DNA of 64,000 nt from an uncultured Lentisphaerales bacterium (GCA_943788985.1 CALSSJ010000015.1:32001-96000), one strand, 5' to 3'; counted from the stretch's first letter, positions 49,764 to 59,687 are shown. Translations and numbers: made by a program. The notes: a model not told the origin generated them from the letters alone.

Positions 49764-50360
49764 TCATTTGGCGTTGAGTCTCGCGCCGACGGCACCGCCG
49801 GGATGGATTACGGCGAACTGCTCGTTCTGAAAGCCCGTTTGCTCGATGAGGGCGGCTTGCAAGGCATCGAAGATGGCTGAGAGAACGACGAAGCTGGTCG
49901 TGCCCTGACTGTTGTATTTATCGGTCTCACGCTCGACATGCATCTTGAGCACAATGTCCGCCCCTTGGGCCAGCGGTGACTCGGTGTTCTCAGTGATCCC
50001 AATGACGGTTACATCCTTATGCTGGCAGATCTCAAGGATCGGCAACAGCTCGGCGGTTTTGCCGCCACGAGACGCGAGGATCATGACGTCGCCCTGCTTG
50101 AGGAAGCCGCTGGCACCATGCAGGGCTTCGGCCGGGGAGATAAACCGAGCTGGCAGTTCGATGCAGCACATCAGATGGGCAAAGTGTTGGCAGGCAATCC
50201 CCGAATGGCCACAGCCGCTGGCCCCAATTCGCACGGCGTTTGCCAGAACGGTGACAGCCCGCTCAAAGGAAGATCTGTCGAGGAACTCCAGGGCGCGCAT
50301 CAGCGCAGAGGACTCAATCGCAAACGAGTCCTCTGCCTGCTTCCAAATGCCGTCTTTCAC
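49764..50360 (-). CDS. SIS-domain sugar-phosphate isomerase (KpsF-like, no CBS)
   Basis: SGCGHSG, EALHGASG, SRGGKTAEL, TTS and HPGGAVG motifs. Confidence 0.88.
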   Translation of the reverse strand: MKDGIWKQAEDSFAIESSALMRALEFLDRSSFERAVTVLANAVRIGASGCGHSGIACQHFAHLMCCIELPARFISPAEALHGASGFLKQGDVMILASRGGKTAELLPILEICQHKDVTVIGITENTESPLAQGADIVLKMHVERETDKYNSQGTTSFVVLSAIFDALQAALIEQTGFQNEQFAVIHPGGAVGARLNAK

Positions 50361-50363
50361 CAG

Positions 50364-50900
50364 TTACTCCCCGATGACCTGTACTTGGCAGGTGCGCTTT
50401 CTTGCCCGCACCTGGTCCCAGTCGATAAAGTAGATGAAGCCGAACTCGCCCAGTTGCAGCTCGCCATCGACAATGAGAATCGTCTCGGAGCGCCCAAAGA
50501 AACAAGAGCGCAGGTGCGCTTCGGTATTGAGGCTGGTCCATTCGCCTTCTTCGGTGCCAAGGCTCATGGCAAAATCGATATGCTCTTTGCCAGGATGCAT
50601 GTATTGGCCTTCTGCCCGGCAGGTGGGGATCAGCTTCTCCATGATGTTGCACAGGTCCTGCTGCAAGAATTCAAGGCCGAAGTAGGTCTTGTCGTGCGAG
50701 CATTCCTGGGTCATCACCGAGCAGGTGGTGTGGTGGGAGTAGACCACGATGTTGCCATGGGTGACGCCGGTGCCAGCCACCATTTCTTTGACGTCCGCCG
50801 TGATATCGTGGAAGGTGGGATTCAGCCCCTTGGACTGCAGTTCAATCTTCTCGGTTACGATCTTCATGTGGTTCTTCCGGTTCTTCGTGTTCTGTGTCAT
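50364..50900 (-). CDS. YjbQ (UPF0047) family protein
   Basis: HHTTCS, NTEAHLRS and LQLGEFGFIYFIDWD motifs. Confidence 0.85.
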   Translation of the reverse strand: MTQNTKNRKNHMKIVTEKIELQSKGLNPTFHDITADVKEMVAGTGVTHGNIVVYSHHTTCSVMTQECSHDKTYFGLEFLQQDLCNIMEKLIPTCRAEGQYMHPGKEHIDFAMSLGTEEGEWTSLNTEAHLRSCFFGRSETILIVDGELQLGEFGFIYFIDWDQVRARKRTCQVQVIGE

Positions 50901-50920
50901 GGGGAGGGCAGGGGAGGGCG

Positions 50921-51418
50921 TTATTCGCCAATGATATGAATGGTGACCTGCCGTTGGCGAGCGCGCGTGTGATCGAAGTCCACGAAGTAGATGTGGCCAA
51001 ATTCGCCAAGCTCTAATTCGCCGTCGACTATCGGGATGGTCTCGCTTCGTCCCATGATCGAGGATCTGAGGTGGGCATCGGTATTGAGTGTGCCCGGTTT
51101 GTTTTCCCCGTGCTCCGCAGCGAATACGGTCAGCTCAGGGCCGGGATGCATGTACTGGCCCTCCTTGCGGCAGGTCGGAATGATCCGCTCAAAGACGTCG
51201 GCGAGGTCTTGCTGGAGGTAGGTCAAGCCGGTGTAGGCTTTGTCGAAGGAGTCCTCTTCGATCATCACGGCGCACGTGGTGTGACGCGAGAAGACCACGC
51301 AGATTCCTGATGCAATCTGTGCTTCGGCGACGATGGCCTTGACCTCGTTCGTGATGGTGTGAAAGGTCGGCCGTTGTCCGGTCGATTCCAGCTTGATTGT
51401 GTCTCTGATGGTTTTCAT
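50921..51418 (-). CDS. YjbQ (UPF0047) family protein, paralog
   Basis: RHTTCA, NTDAHLRS and LELGEFGHIYFVDFD motifs. Start set at MKTIRD because the longer ORF reads into the repeat. Confidence 0.85.
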   Translation of the reverse strand: MKTIRDTIKLESTGQRPTFHTITNEVKAIVAEAQIASGICVVFSRHTTCAVMIEEDSFDKAYTGLTYLQQDLADVFERIIPTCRKEGQYMHPGPELTVFAAEHGENKPGTLNTDAHLRSSIMGRSETIPIVDGELELGEFGHIYFVDFDHTRARQRQVTIHIIGE

Positions 51419-51448
51419 GCTTGCTTCCTGGTTTGTTGTCGAAGATTC

Positions 51449-51553
51449 AATGTCCAACAGCCAACACGGAATTTCCAAATCCAAGGAAATGCGTTGTGGC
51501 TGCTTTTTCGATTCCTTGGTCGGTTGGCTATTCCGTGTTGGTTATTGGATATT
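51449..51553. repeat. ~105-bp hairpin-forming repeat, copy 1, flanking the four-helix-bundle gene
   Basis: Near-identical to 51972-52077, with an internal imperfect inverted repeat. Confidence 0.85.
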
Positions 51554-51563
51554 CAACCTGATG

Positions 51564-51935
51564 CTATTGATCTTTGCGCTTCTTCGCTGTTCCCACGCTA
51601 GCGAACAGGATAGCTATCAACTCGTCCGTTTCCGTTAGAAGGGGAGCAAGCTTCGATTCTGGGGTAACCATTTTTGCCCTGCTGACTACTTTCAGCCAGA
51701 CCTCTGTTTCCCGTAGTTCTTTGAGTGAGATCTTTAGTTTGTGCACAAAATCTGCCTTAGATTCGGCGCTTTGGGCCTCCCCTTAGTTGGGGGCAGGAGA
51801 GGTGCCACTGCGTAGGATCTGTGAAGCAACGTGTTTGCCGGCCTTTGTGTCTGGCAATGCCTCAGAAAGCGCGATAATTCGGACGGCATAGTCGATGAAA
51901 CGATCTTGAAGGTCAAACTCTCTCTTCTTCTGTAT
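51564..51935 (-). pseudogene. Four-helix-bundle protein (23S rRNA IVP / bAvd-like family) with a premature stop
   Basis: DLQDRFIDYAVRII...QILRSGTSPAPN*GEAQSAESKADFVHKLKISLKELRETEVWL. TAA at 51783-51785 replaces the usual Tyr, and the apparent start is ATA. Confidence 0.85.
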
Positions 51936-51971
51936 TTTTCTCTCCGCTGTTTGGTTGCGATTTTGTGCTCT

Positions 51972-52077
51972 AATATCCACTGACCAAAACGGAATTTCCA
52001 ATATCCAAGGAAATGCGTTGTGACTGCTTTTGGGGTTCCTTGGTCGGTTGGCTATTCCGTGTTGGTTATTGGATATT
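51972..52077. repeat. ~105-bp hairpin-forming repeat, copy 2
   Basis: Shares TTCCTTGGTCGGTTGGCTATTCCGTGTTGGTTATTGGATATT with copy 1 and supplies the stop codon of the TIM-like gene. Confidence 0.85.
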
Positions 52078-52792
52078 GATCATTCGTCTTCGCTAGATCA
52101 TCTTTTGCTTTGCGCACATTACGCATCATGTCGTCCAAAAGGGCGAGTGGATCGGGGGACTTGAGGATTCCGGATGCGGAGCCCGCGGCATCGTTGCCAG
52201 CCATGATGAAATCGTAGATCTGTGCACCGGTGGTGATGCCCGCGGCTTGCTCGACCAGGATGTCGGGATACAACGCCTTAACGACCCGCAGGGTTTCCAC
52301 CACGTAGCTCATGTCGCTGGCCTGATCGGTGCCGATCAGCTCACTGGGCTCCGGGTTGATGATGTCCGGGCGGAATTGGGCAATGGCTTTGGTTTCGACG
52401 ATGGAATCGGCGCAGGCGAACGTGAGCAGGCCAAGCTCATTGGCCCGGTCGATTGTTTCCTTGATCTGCGGCAGCGACATCGGGCGCTCGCAGTGGTTGA
52501 GCAGCACGCCCTTGGCGCCAGCATCACGGATTGCCTCGGGCAGGACATCGGCCATGCCGCGTCCGGGCCGCAAGGTGTCCATGTAGGGGGCAAACACGAA
52601 GAGCCTGCTGGTGTTCTCGGCAATCCGGCGAATCTCGGTGTATGGGGCGATGAAGATGGCATCGATGTCATACTTCTGTGCGCCTTCGTCTACCGCCTTG
52701 GCATACTCCAGGACTGCGTCACCGTAGATGTAGTTCTTGACACTGGTCTCGAAAAACGGCGATCGAGGCAGGATTTTTTTGGGGGGATTCAT
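52052..52792 (-). CDS. Triosephosphate isomerase family protein (short archaeal-like type)
   Basis: VKNY, LLNHCER, PEPSELIGT, AAGI and ASGILK motifs. Confidence 0.85.
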   Translation of the reverse strand: MNPPKKILPRSPFFETSVKNYIYGDAVLEYAKAVDEGAQKYDIDAIFIAPYTEIRRIAENTSRLFVFAPYMDTLRPGRGMADVLPEAIRDAGAKGVLLNHCERPMSLPQIKETIDRANELGLLTFACADSIVETKAIAQFRPDIINPEPSELIGTDQASDMSYVVETLRVVKALYPDILVEQAAGITTGAQIYDFIMAGNDAAGSASGILKSPDPLALLDDMMRNVRKAKDDLAKTNDQYPITNTE

Positions 52793-52807
52793 GATGGGCT
52801 TCCTTGG

Positions 52808-54304
52808 TTACGATTCAATGGGGACGCCAGGGCCTGGCGCAAACCTGGCCGTGTAGTCTCGGTAAAGTTCCTGGTACTGGCTGCTACGCACAGGGTCCGG
52901 CGTCACGGCTCGTTCGGATCCGACGACTCGGTCGGGGCTCAGGAGTGCCGCGTAGCCATCCTGTTCGTTGCGGTAGCGTCCGATGCCGATGCCAGCGAGA
53001 ATCGCCGCGCCCATGGCCCCCGCATGCTCGCCAGTCTCTGGCAGCACCACCGGCCGATTCAGGACGTCGGCCAGAATTGAGGGCCACACCGGGCTGCGGG
53101 TGGGGCCACCGGTCAGTACGATCCTGCCGGGACGAGTCCCGGTGAGCTGCGAGAGTTCATCTACCCGAGCACGGGTTCGGAAGACGATTCCCTCCATCAG
53201 TGCGCGCGCAATATTCTGCGGGGTGGCAGGCGCCATGCGCTCCTCGCAGGACTGATGAAACAGGTTAATGACAAGCCCATCTGCACCGGGTGGTGCCTCT
53301 GAGGCCAGGCGGTTGAACCGCGCAAACGCCGATTCTCTTGGTGGTGCCGGGATGCAACGATCGAGAAATGCATGCAGCTTCTCCGCCACAGCGGTCAGTG
53401 AGAACATCGCCCCCCAGCAGCCCGTGGGCGAGAGAAACGGATCCAGGAGCATCCCCCCCTTCAAGCCTAGCTCACGATTGCGGATCGGCGAGAAAACGAC
53501 CCACGATGTGCCCGCAGAGATGAGCAGATCGCCTTCTTCGAAGATCCCTGTGCTTCGCGCCGCGGACGGGTGGTCAAAGCTGCCGGTGACGACTTGGGTG
53601 CCCGGAGCCAGCCCGGTTGCCTGCAGCGCATCGGTGGTCAGCTCACCGCAGGGCATACCAGGTGGCAGCAACTCCGATAGCTGACTCGCCTCGATCTCGA
53701 GAAAGCTAAGCAGTTCACGATTCCAGCTCCGCGTTTCCTGATCTTGGAGGTAGAAGCTGCTGGCCTTTGAGTGATCGACAACCAGGCGTCCACAGAGCTG
53801 GTGATAGACGTAATCATGCAGCATTGCAAACGATCGAGTCTGCCGCCAGAGGTCCGGTGACTTGGCCTTATGCCAAGCGAGATGAGCCAGAGGAAAGGAG
53901 CCGGCGAACGGCCAGCCCGCGCTGCGGTACACGCGAGCCGAATCCAAGCCTGGCCATAGGTCATCCGCCATCCCGGCACAGCGATTATCCAGCCAGCTGA
54001 TCGCGTTGCCCAACGGTCGGCAGTCGTCGTCCAGCAGCACGGTATTGCCGCTGGCCCCACTCACGCTGATCGCCTTGATCGCAGCGGGATCTTCAGCGTG
54101 GGAGACCAACTCTCGCAGCAGCGCGCACACGTCCTGGACGTATTGCTCAGGGTCCAGTTCCGCCCGTTGATCCGCCAGGCGCAGAAGCTCGACCGGGCGG
54201 CTCGCCTGGCAGAGGATCGGGCCGTGGCTCTCGACGAGCACGCCCTTCATAGCGCTGGTCCCCAAATCCAGGCCGATCAGATAGGTGTCTTGGGAGTTAC
54301 TCAT
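52808..54304 (-). CDS. FGGY-family carbohydrate kinase
   Basis: IGLDLGTSAMK, ISWLDNR, GSFDHP, SAGTS, RALMEG and TGGPTRS motifs. Confidence 0.9.
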   Translation of the reverse strand: MSNSQDTYLIGLDLGTSAMKGVLVESHGPILCQASRPVELLRLADQRAELDPEQYVQDVCALLRELVSHAEDPAAIKAISVSGASGNTVLLDDDCRPLGNAISWLDNRCAGMADDLWPGLDSARVYRSAGWPFAGSFPLAHLAWHKAKSPDLWRQTRSFAMLHDYVYHQLCGRLVVDHSKASSFYLQDQETRSWNRELLSFLEIEASQLSELLPPGMPCGELTTDALQATGLAPGTQVVTGSFDHPSAARSTGIFEEGDLLISAGTSWVVFSPIRNRELGLKGGMLLDPFLSPTGCWGAMFSLTAVAEKLHAFLDRCIPAPPRESAFARFNRLASEAPPGADGLVINLFHQSCEERMAPATPQNIARALMEGIVFRTRARVDELSQLTGTRPGRIVLTGGPTRSPVWPSILADVLNRPVVLPETGEHAGAMGAAILAGIGIGRYRNEQDGYAALLSPDRVVGSERAVTPDPVRSSQYQELYRDYTARFAPGPGVPIES

Positions 54305-54481
54305 GCCACCTGTGGGGGATGTGCGATGTGCAAGCGCTCGTGAAGCGCCCCCCGTTGAAGTTCACGCGTTCCCTTCGGATGTGCCTGCGGCGCTCAGCTG
54401 TGCACCATGCAGTATGGACATCGCGGTGTAACACATCTCGCCTGAAACAAACAGTGCCCCTGTTGCCTGAAATGAGGGCCG

Positions 54482-54896
54482 GTCGGAGTCCCGCCTTTAG
54501 GCGGAAGTTACTGACGGGCTTTAGCCCGCGAGCCGAGCCTGTGAGACGGCCGAAGGCAACCCTCTGCGCTGGCTTGACGTGCTGCCGTACGGACGCTCCG
54601 GCAGCTAAAGCTGCTAATCCACTTCCGCCTAAAGGGCCTGTCGCTTTATTCGGGCTGAAAGCCCATGAGCACCTTAGCCTGGGGCAACGCCCCAGGTCAG
54701 CCGCGTTCCGAAATCGAACGCTGAAAGCGTTCCTCACAGTCCGTAACGTACTGCGGCGCAAAGAGGTGAGGAACACTTTCAGCGTTCGAAACCACTGCGG
54801 CACCAACCTGGGGCGTTGCCCCAGGCTAAGGTGGATTTGGGCTTTCAGCCCGGCTGATTGGAAAAAAGCGACAGGCCCTAAAGGCGGGACTCCGAC
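54482..54896. repeat. REP-like palindromic element interrupted by a MITE
   Basis: Arms GTCGGAGTCCCGCCTTTAGGCGGAAGT and ACTTCCGCCTAAA[insert]GGCGGGACTCCGAC. Confidence 0.85.
54634..54878. mobile_element. MITE with 14-bp TIRs and a TAAA target-site duplication
   Basis: GGGCCTGTCGCTTT...AAAGCGACAGGCCC flanked by TAAA at 54630-54633 and 54879-54882. Confidence 0.85.
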
Positions 54897-54985
54897 GGGC
54901 TTGGGCGCTGCCTTTGAGCCCCCTGCTAGTTGTTTCGCCTCGCGGCTGCCTGCAGATCCAACAGGTTGCGTACTTCGCATGCTCA

Positions 54986-56464
54986 TCATCGCGCAAGCCC
55001 CCCGTCGATTTGCACGACGGTCATGCCGAGCATGCGGCCGAAGGCAGTGATGCCTTCGGCTTGATCGCCGAGCACCAAAGCATTGTGATGCGTGCCGCCG
55101 GCGCGCGAGTAGGCTTCGAGAAAGTGGGAAATGTCCCCGTCCATAGGACGGATCCACATGCGGACATTGTCGGGCATTCGTGGGTCGAGGCTATCGTCTT
55201 CGGCGAGGACCTCAACCCGTGCCAGAATGAGCGAGAACGTTTCATCAGGGCCCGGAGCGATGTTCACCAGCACCGCGGGGCCTGGCTTGGTCGCGCAGGT
55301 CAGGACCGCTGGGCTGTGCCCGCCCATAAATGGCAGCGGCTTCTCAAACACGCGGGCCGTCCCGGCGGCCACCGCCGGACTGATCTCCCCCATATGAGAC
55401 AGAAACAGGCTGTTGCCAGCCCAGTCGGGACAGAAGATTTCTGTGAATGTGGTCGCGCCAAAGCCGCGCGCCAGAGCACCGACCAGTGCCGCGCTCAGCA
55501 CATCGCCCTCGCCAGCATAGCCGACCCCTCGGGCCATGGCTTTTGAGGCCTCGAGAAACGGCATGGTGTTGGCGGGGCGGTCTTCGCTGTCGAATGCCTG
55601 GAAGTTGACGCTGAAGCCGTCGTAGTCGCCCGATTCGAGCAGGGCGCGCAGCCCGAGGCCAACCCGCACGGATCGAGCATGCGCCTGGTCCGTCAACTCG
55701 CAGTCGTACCGTTCTCGGTCAGCAGCCACCTCGCGGTCAACGGCCTCGTCAGTCACCTCACGAACGGCCGCGTCCAACGCATCGAGATTGAATTCGTCGA
55801 CGACGATTCGGAATCGACGAGCCAGCAGGTCTGCATCGACCACGAAGTCCCCCATCCCGTCAAAGACAGGGCCGATTCGCAGCATGCGACTGTTGCGAAA
55901 TGCGTGGGCGGCAGCCGCGGCACGCTTCGATGGGAGTTCCGGCACGGAGGCAGGCTCAGCCGAAGGCCCCAGGTCTGCGGGGCGGTTGTGCGCTCTACCG
56001 GCAACCCGCGCCAGTACGTCCGAATCCCGATAGTGTCCGGCTGCTATCTCAAAGGTCCGTCCGCGACGACGCAGCATACTGGCAAGGTCCATAACCCCAT
56101 GAATGCCATGATTGTACAGAATTCGGTCCGGATCGACATCGATGCCAAAAGCGCTGTCCATCGTCGTGTCCAGCATCACGATCGGCAGCTCTGTCCCGCA
56201 CAGGGCCTCGATTGCCTCCAGCGACGGCGAGTAGGCGAGATGCAGGGTGATGATGCAGTCTACGTCAGCGGCTTCGAAATCAGCGACTGCAGTTGCGAAC
56301 TCCGCAGCAACGCAACAGATGGGCGCTGTCCGCACCCCAATGCCGTGCGCCTGCAGTCCGGTTGCGATGTCCGCAAGGAAGGCTGTATAGCGATCTCGCC
56401 AGGTGGTATCGATCTCGTCGTAGAACGCCAAGTAGAACGGCAACAAGCCGGCAGTTGCCTTCAT
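54986..56464 (-). CDS. L-fucose/L-arabinose isomerase family protein
   Basis: LAYSPS, HGIHG, GYAGEGD, TFTEIFCPD, SHMGE and GGTHH motifs; start at MKATAGLLPFY. Confidence 0.85.
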   Translation of the reverse strand: MKATAGLLPFYLAFYDEIDTTWRDRYTAFLADIATGLQAHGIGVRTAPICCVAAEFATAVADFEAADVDCIITLHLAYSPSLEAIEALCGTELPIVMLDTTMDSAFGIDVDPDRILYNHGIHGVMDLASMLRRRGRTFEIAAGHYRDSDVLARVAGRAHNRPADLGPSAEPASVPELPSKRAAAAAHAFRNSRMLRIGPVFDGMGDFVVDADLLARRFRIVVDEFNLDALDAAVREVTDEAVDREVAADRERYDCELTDQAHARSVRVGLGLRALLESGDYDGFSVNFQAFDSEDRPANTMPFLEASKAMARGVGYAGEGDVLSAALVGALARGFGATTFTEIFCPDWAGNSLFLSHMGEISPAVAAGTARVFEKPLPFMGGHSPAVLTCATKPGPAVLVNIAPGPDETFSLILARVEVLAEDDSLDPRMPDNVRMWIRPMDGDISHFLEAYSRAGGTHHNALVLGDQAEGITAFGRMLGMTVVQIDGGLAR

Positions 56465-56519
56465 CTGATACTGTGCCCCGGAATTACGTTGCGTGGAGAC
56501 GGCAGCACGATCGGCTGAT

Positions 56520-56798
56520 TGCGAGCAACTCGCCAATGGCATTGATTTAAGCCCAAAGGACTTGCGGGCGGTGCCTTTCGTACGGCGCAGGTTCCCTTCG
56601 GGTATGCCTGCGGCGTTCGCCTGCGCCCGAGAATGACTCGGAGATGTAAGTTGTTGGGAGCCAAGGCGTTGTCACAATTTAGGGCGCAGGCGAACGCCGC
56701 AGGCATACCCGGAGGGCACCTGCGCCGTACGAATCTCCCTGGTTCATCGTTTCTCCCACAACGACGGCTTAAATCAGTGGCATTGCGCACTGCTCGCA
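56520..56798. mobile_element. MITE-like long inverted-repeat element
   Basis: Imperfect ~33-bp terminal IRs (TGCGAGCA...ATTTAAGCC / GGCTTAAAT...TGCTCGCA) and an inner ~50-bp stem GTACGGCGCAGG...CGCCTGCGCCC. Confidence 0.7.
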
Positions 56799-56903
56799 CG
56801 GTCTTCGGCCTCTTTGCGCATCGCGCCCAAACCGGCATGAAGCCAGAAAGTGTCCTTTCGGTTAAGACAGTTTCGCCCTGAAGTTTCCCGTTCATCCGGA
56901 CAC

Positions 56904-57941
56904 TCATGCGCTCCCTCCGTAATTGCGCTGCGCCACGGCGGAGAACAGACGCTCGGCATTGCCGAAGAAGAAGTCTGCGATCTCCGCACGGGAGAGGCCG
57001 GCGCGCTGGGCCGCGAGGCGGATGCCGCGCAGTTGCTCGTAGGTAAAGCTGGTGAAAGCCACGGCATTCTCGGGCGCGTACATGGCGTTGCCGATGGCGT
57101 AGTCTTCGCCCATCAAATAGACGTACTGATCATTGACCTCGACCGACTTGCCGCGCAGGCAGGCGATGGGAGCATCGGAGCCGAACAGCATCCGGTCGCG
57201 CGGGAAGGTACGAAATGTGTATTCCAGGACACCTTCGTGATTGACCATGGCGGTGTCGATATAAGCATTGGGACAGGCTGCAATGCCATCGAGAAACCCG
57301 GTCACGCTGCTCAGGTAGTAGGCCCGGCCAATGTGGGCAAAGATGATCCGCGTGTTGGGATAGCGCTGACAGAGCTCGACCATCTGCATCTGGTTGACCG
57401 GGTCGGCCAGGCGGCCGGGCCGGGGAATGTGCAGCATGATCGCCAGCCCCAATTCATCGGCCAGTTCCATCTGTTCGGCCGGGAGCATGTCGTGAATCGT
57501 GATCTCGGCCTTCGGCCTTCCTTCCACAAACTCAAGATAGGGCTTGTAGCCGATCAGGCGGTTTGAGACCACGCGCTGACGCACGCTCTCGACGCTGTCC
57601 CGCGGCGCCACCAGGGCCATGCCAAAGAAGCGTCGGTTATCGGCTACGTCGCCTGCATACACACCGGATGCGTCCCGGTCAGAATCAAAGAATGGATAGC
57701 CGAACTGATTCACGCTCAGCTCGCGTCCAGGTAGCCAGGCCGCGGTCCACTCCAGCAGCTGTTGCTTGGTGAATGTGCCGCCAAACCTCTGCCATACCGA
57801 GGTTGCCGGGAACCTGGTTCCCGGGAGCAGGCAAGACCGGTTGTAGAGGTGAATGTGCGCATCAAAGACGCGCTCTGGCACAAAGTCCTCAAACTCTTCC
57901 TGCCATACCTGGCGGTCGCGGTCCGTCGGGTTGATGGTCAT
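56904..57941 (-). CDS. Amidohydrolase_2 family protein
   Basis: DAHIH, GYKPY, MLHIP, FAHIGR, YIDTA and LFGSDAP motifs. Confidence 0.88.
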   Translation of the reverse strand: MTINPTDRDRQVWQEEFEDFVPERVFDAHIHLYNRSCLLPGTRFPATSVWQRFGGTFTKQQLLEWTAAWLPGRELSVNQFGYPFFDSDRDASGVYAGDVADNRRFFGMALVAPRDSVESVRQRVVSNRLIGYKPYLEFVEGRPKAEITIHDMLPAEQMELADELGLAIMLHIPRPGRLADPVNQMQMVELCQRYPNTRIIFAHIGRAYYLSSVTGFLDGIAACPNAYIDTAMVNHEGVLEYTFRTFPRDRMLFGSDAPIACLRGKSVEVNDQYVYLMGEDYAIGNAMYAPENAVAFTSFTYEQLRGIRLAAQRAGLSRAEIADFFFGNAERLFSAVAQRNYGGSA

Positions 57942-57953
57942 CTGCGTCTCCTC

Positions 57954-59687
57954 CTACCAGGTGATGATGCCGGAAAATGCCAGAATGACCAGAGCCATCA
58001 TGCCGGCAAACAGCAGCCACCAGAACAACACGCTCGCGTACCACGGCCGACTCGTCTCGCGCATGGCAGCGATCTGCCCCATATCGAACACAAACTCGGA
58101 TGTGACCTGCTCCGGGCGTGGCGGCTTGGTTGCCAGGCTGGCCACAGCGCAGACCACCAGGCAGAATGCCCAGTTGAGTGCGGCCTGGTTGAGGAACGGC
58201 TCAAGCCAGGCCGGATGGGACGGTACGAACTGAACGAATGCCTTGATGCTGATACCAAGCAGAAAGCCGAGGACCACAGCCAGAGTCGCGCCAAAGGCAT
58301 TGACCCGGCGCCACAGCACACCCAGCAGAAAGACGGCGGCGAACGGGGGCGCAAAGAAGGCATAGAGGGCCTGGATGTACTCAAACAATCCGCCGCCCAG
58401 CTTGCCGATCATCCCGCCCAGACCAGTGGCAATGACCAGAATTCCGATTGATGTATAGACCCCGACGCGCACCACTTGCTTGTCCGAGGCATCGCGGTTG
58501 ATCCACTGCTTGTAGATGTCCAATGTGACGATTGTCGATGTGGAGTTGAGCACCGAATTAACCGTGGATTGGACGGCCCCGAACAACGCGGCCAGTACCA
58601 GCCCGCGCAAGCCCATGGGCACCAGCGCCTGAATCATGTCCACGTAGGCCTTGTCTGCCTCGGGCTTGACGTTGTCCCAGGGCAGCATCAGAATCTCGGG
58701 CTGTGCAGCGAAGAGGATCATGCCGGGCACCACGATGATCAGCGGCAGGATCATCTGCATGAATCCGGCCAGCACCACGCCCATTCGCGCATGGTACTCA
58801 TCCTTCGCACCGAGCACGCGCTGAATCATGAATTGGTTCAACACGCAGTACCAGATACTCACCGAGAAGATGATGAAAATCCAGCTGGGCCAGGGCACCA
58901 CTGGATGGGCGACGGGCTGAAACACTGACATGCGATTATAGGCACCGACCTGGCCGATTTGCTCAGCCACTCGGGCGGTCGTCTCCGCCCAGACCCCGTC
59001 CTTTGCTTGATTGCGTTCGAGCATGATCCGAAAGCCTTCGATCACCGAGCCATCCTCGCCTCCCAGCATATCGAGCCCGTACAACGTTACCGCGAACCCA
59101 CCGAGCAGCATCACGATGACCGTAAAGAAGTCGGTCCAGGCCACCGAGGACAAACCACCGTAGATCGCCCAGGCCCCGGCTACGATCGCCAGCCCGATCA
59201 ACGCTGGCCAGAACGGCCAGCCGAACAGGCTCTGCAACGCCAACGCGCCGCCGTACAACACAGCTGCAAGAAACGCCACCACGTTGCTGATCACGGTTAC
59301 GATCGCGAAGAATTGGCGCATGCCGGGGTTGAACCGCTTCTCCAGGAACTCTGGGATCGTAAAGACGCGAGATGCCAGTAGAAACGGAATGAACAACCAG
59401 ATCAGAAAGCTGTATGCCCCGATGTTGGCCCAGCTGAACATACTGATGCAGGTGCCGTAGATAAACGAGGCCCCGATCATCCCGATAAAATGCTCGCTGC
59501 TGATGTTCGAGGCAATGAACGAACAGCCCACGACATACCACGGTAGCTTCCGGCCTGCCAGGAAATACTCTTGGGAACTTGCCTGCTCCTTGCGCCCTTT
59601 GACATAGCCAATCAAGGACAACACCACAAAGAATGATGCGAATCCCGCATAATCCAGCAGGCCTAAGGGAAGTGTATCGGGAGTCAT
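57954..59687 (-). CDS. Sodium:solute symporter (SSS family)
   Basis: YFLAGR, ASNISSEHFIG, GGLSSVAWTD and NQFMIQRVLGAK motifs. Confidence 0.92.
   Translation of the reverse strand: MTPDTLPLGLLDYAGFASFFVVLSLIGYVKGRKEQASSQEYFLAGRKLPWYVVGCSFIASNISSEHFIGMIGASFIYGTCISMFSWANIGAYSFLIWLFIPFLLASRVFTIPEFLEKRFNPGMRQFFAIVTVISNVVAFLAAVLYGGALALQSLFGWPFWPALIGLAIVAGAWAIYGGLSSVAWTDFFTVIVMLLGGFAVTLYGLDMLGGEDGSVIEGFRIMLERNQAKDGVWAETTARVAEQIGQVGAYNRMSVFQPVAHPVVPWPSWIFIIFSVSIWYCVLNQFMIQRVLGAKDEYHARMGVVLAGFMQMILPLIIVVPGMILFAAQPEILMLPWDNVKPEADKAYVDMIQALVPMGLRGLVLAALFGAVQSTVNSVLNSTSTIVTLDIYKQWINRDASDKQVVRVGVYTSIGILVIATGLGGMIGKLGGGLFEYIQALYAFFAPPFAAVFLLGVLWRRVNAFGATLAVVLGFLLGISIKAFVQFVPSHPAWLEPFLNQAALNWAFCLVVCAVASLATKPPRPEQVTSEFVFDMGQIAAMRETSRPWYASVLFWWLLFAGMMALVILAFSGIITW

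Noticed and set aside
51564..51935. Diversity-generating retroelement suggested by the Avd-like fold
   Set aside because: No reverse transcriptase or TR/VR pair with adenine-specific mismatches is present in the window.
54297..55157. Long ORFs over the kinase-isomerase gap (54297-55157 minus, 54319-55050 plus)
   Set aside because: They are translations of palindromic repeat DNA with no protein-like features.
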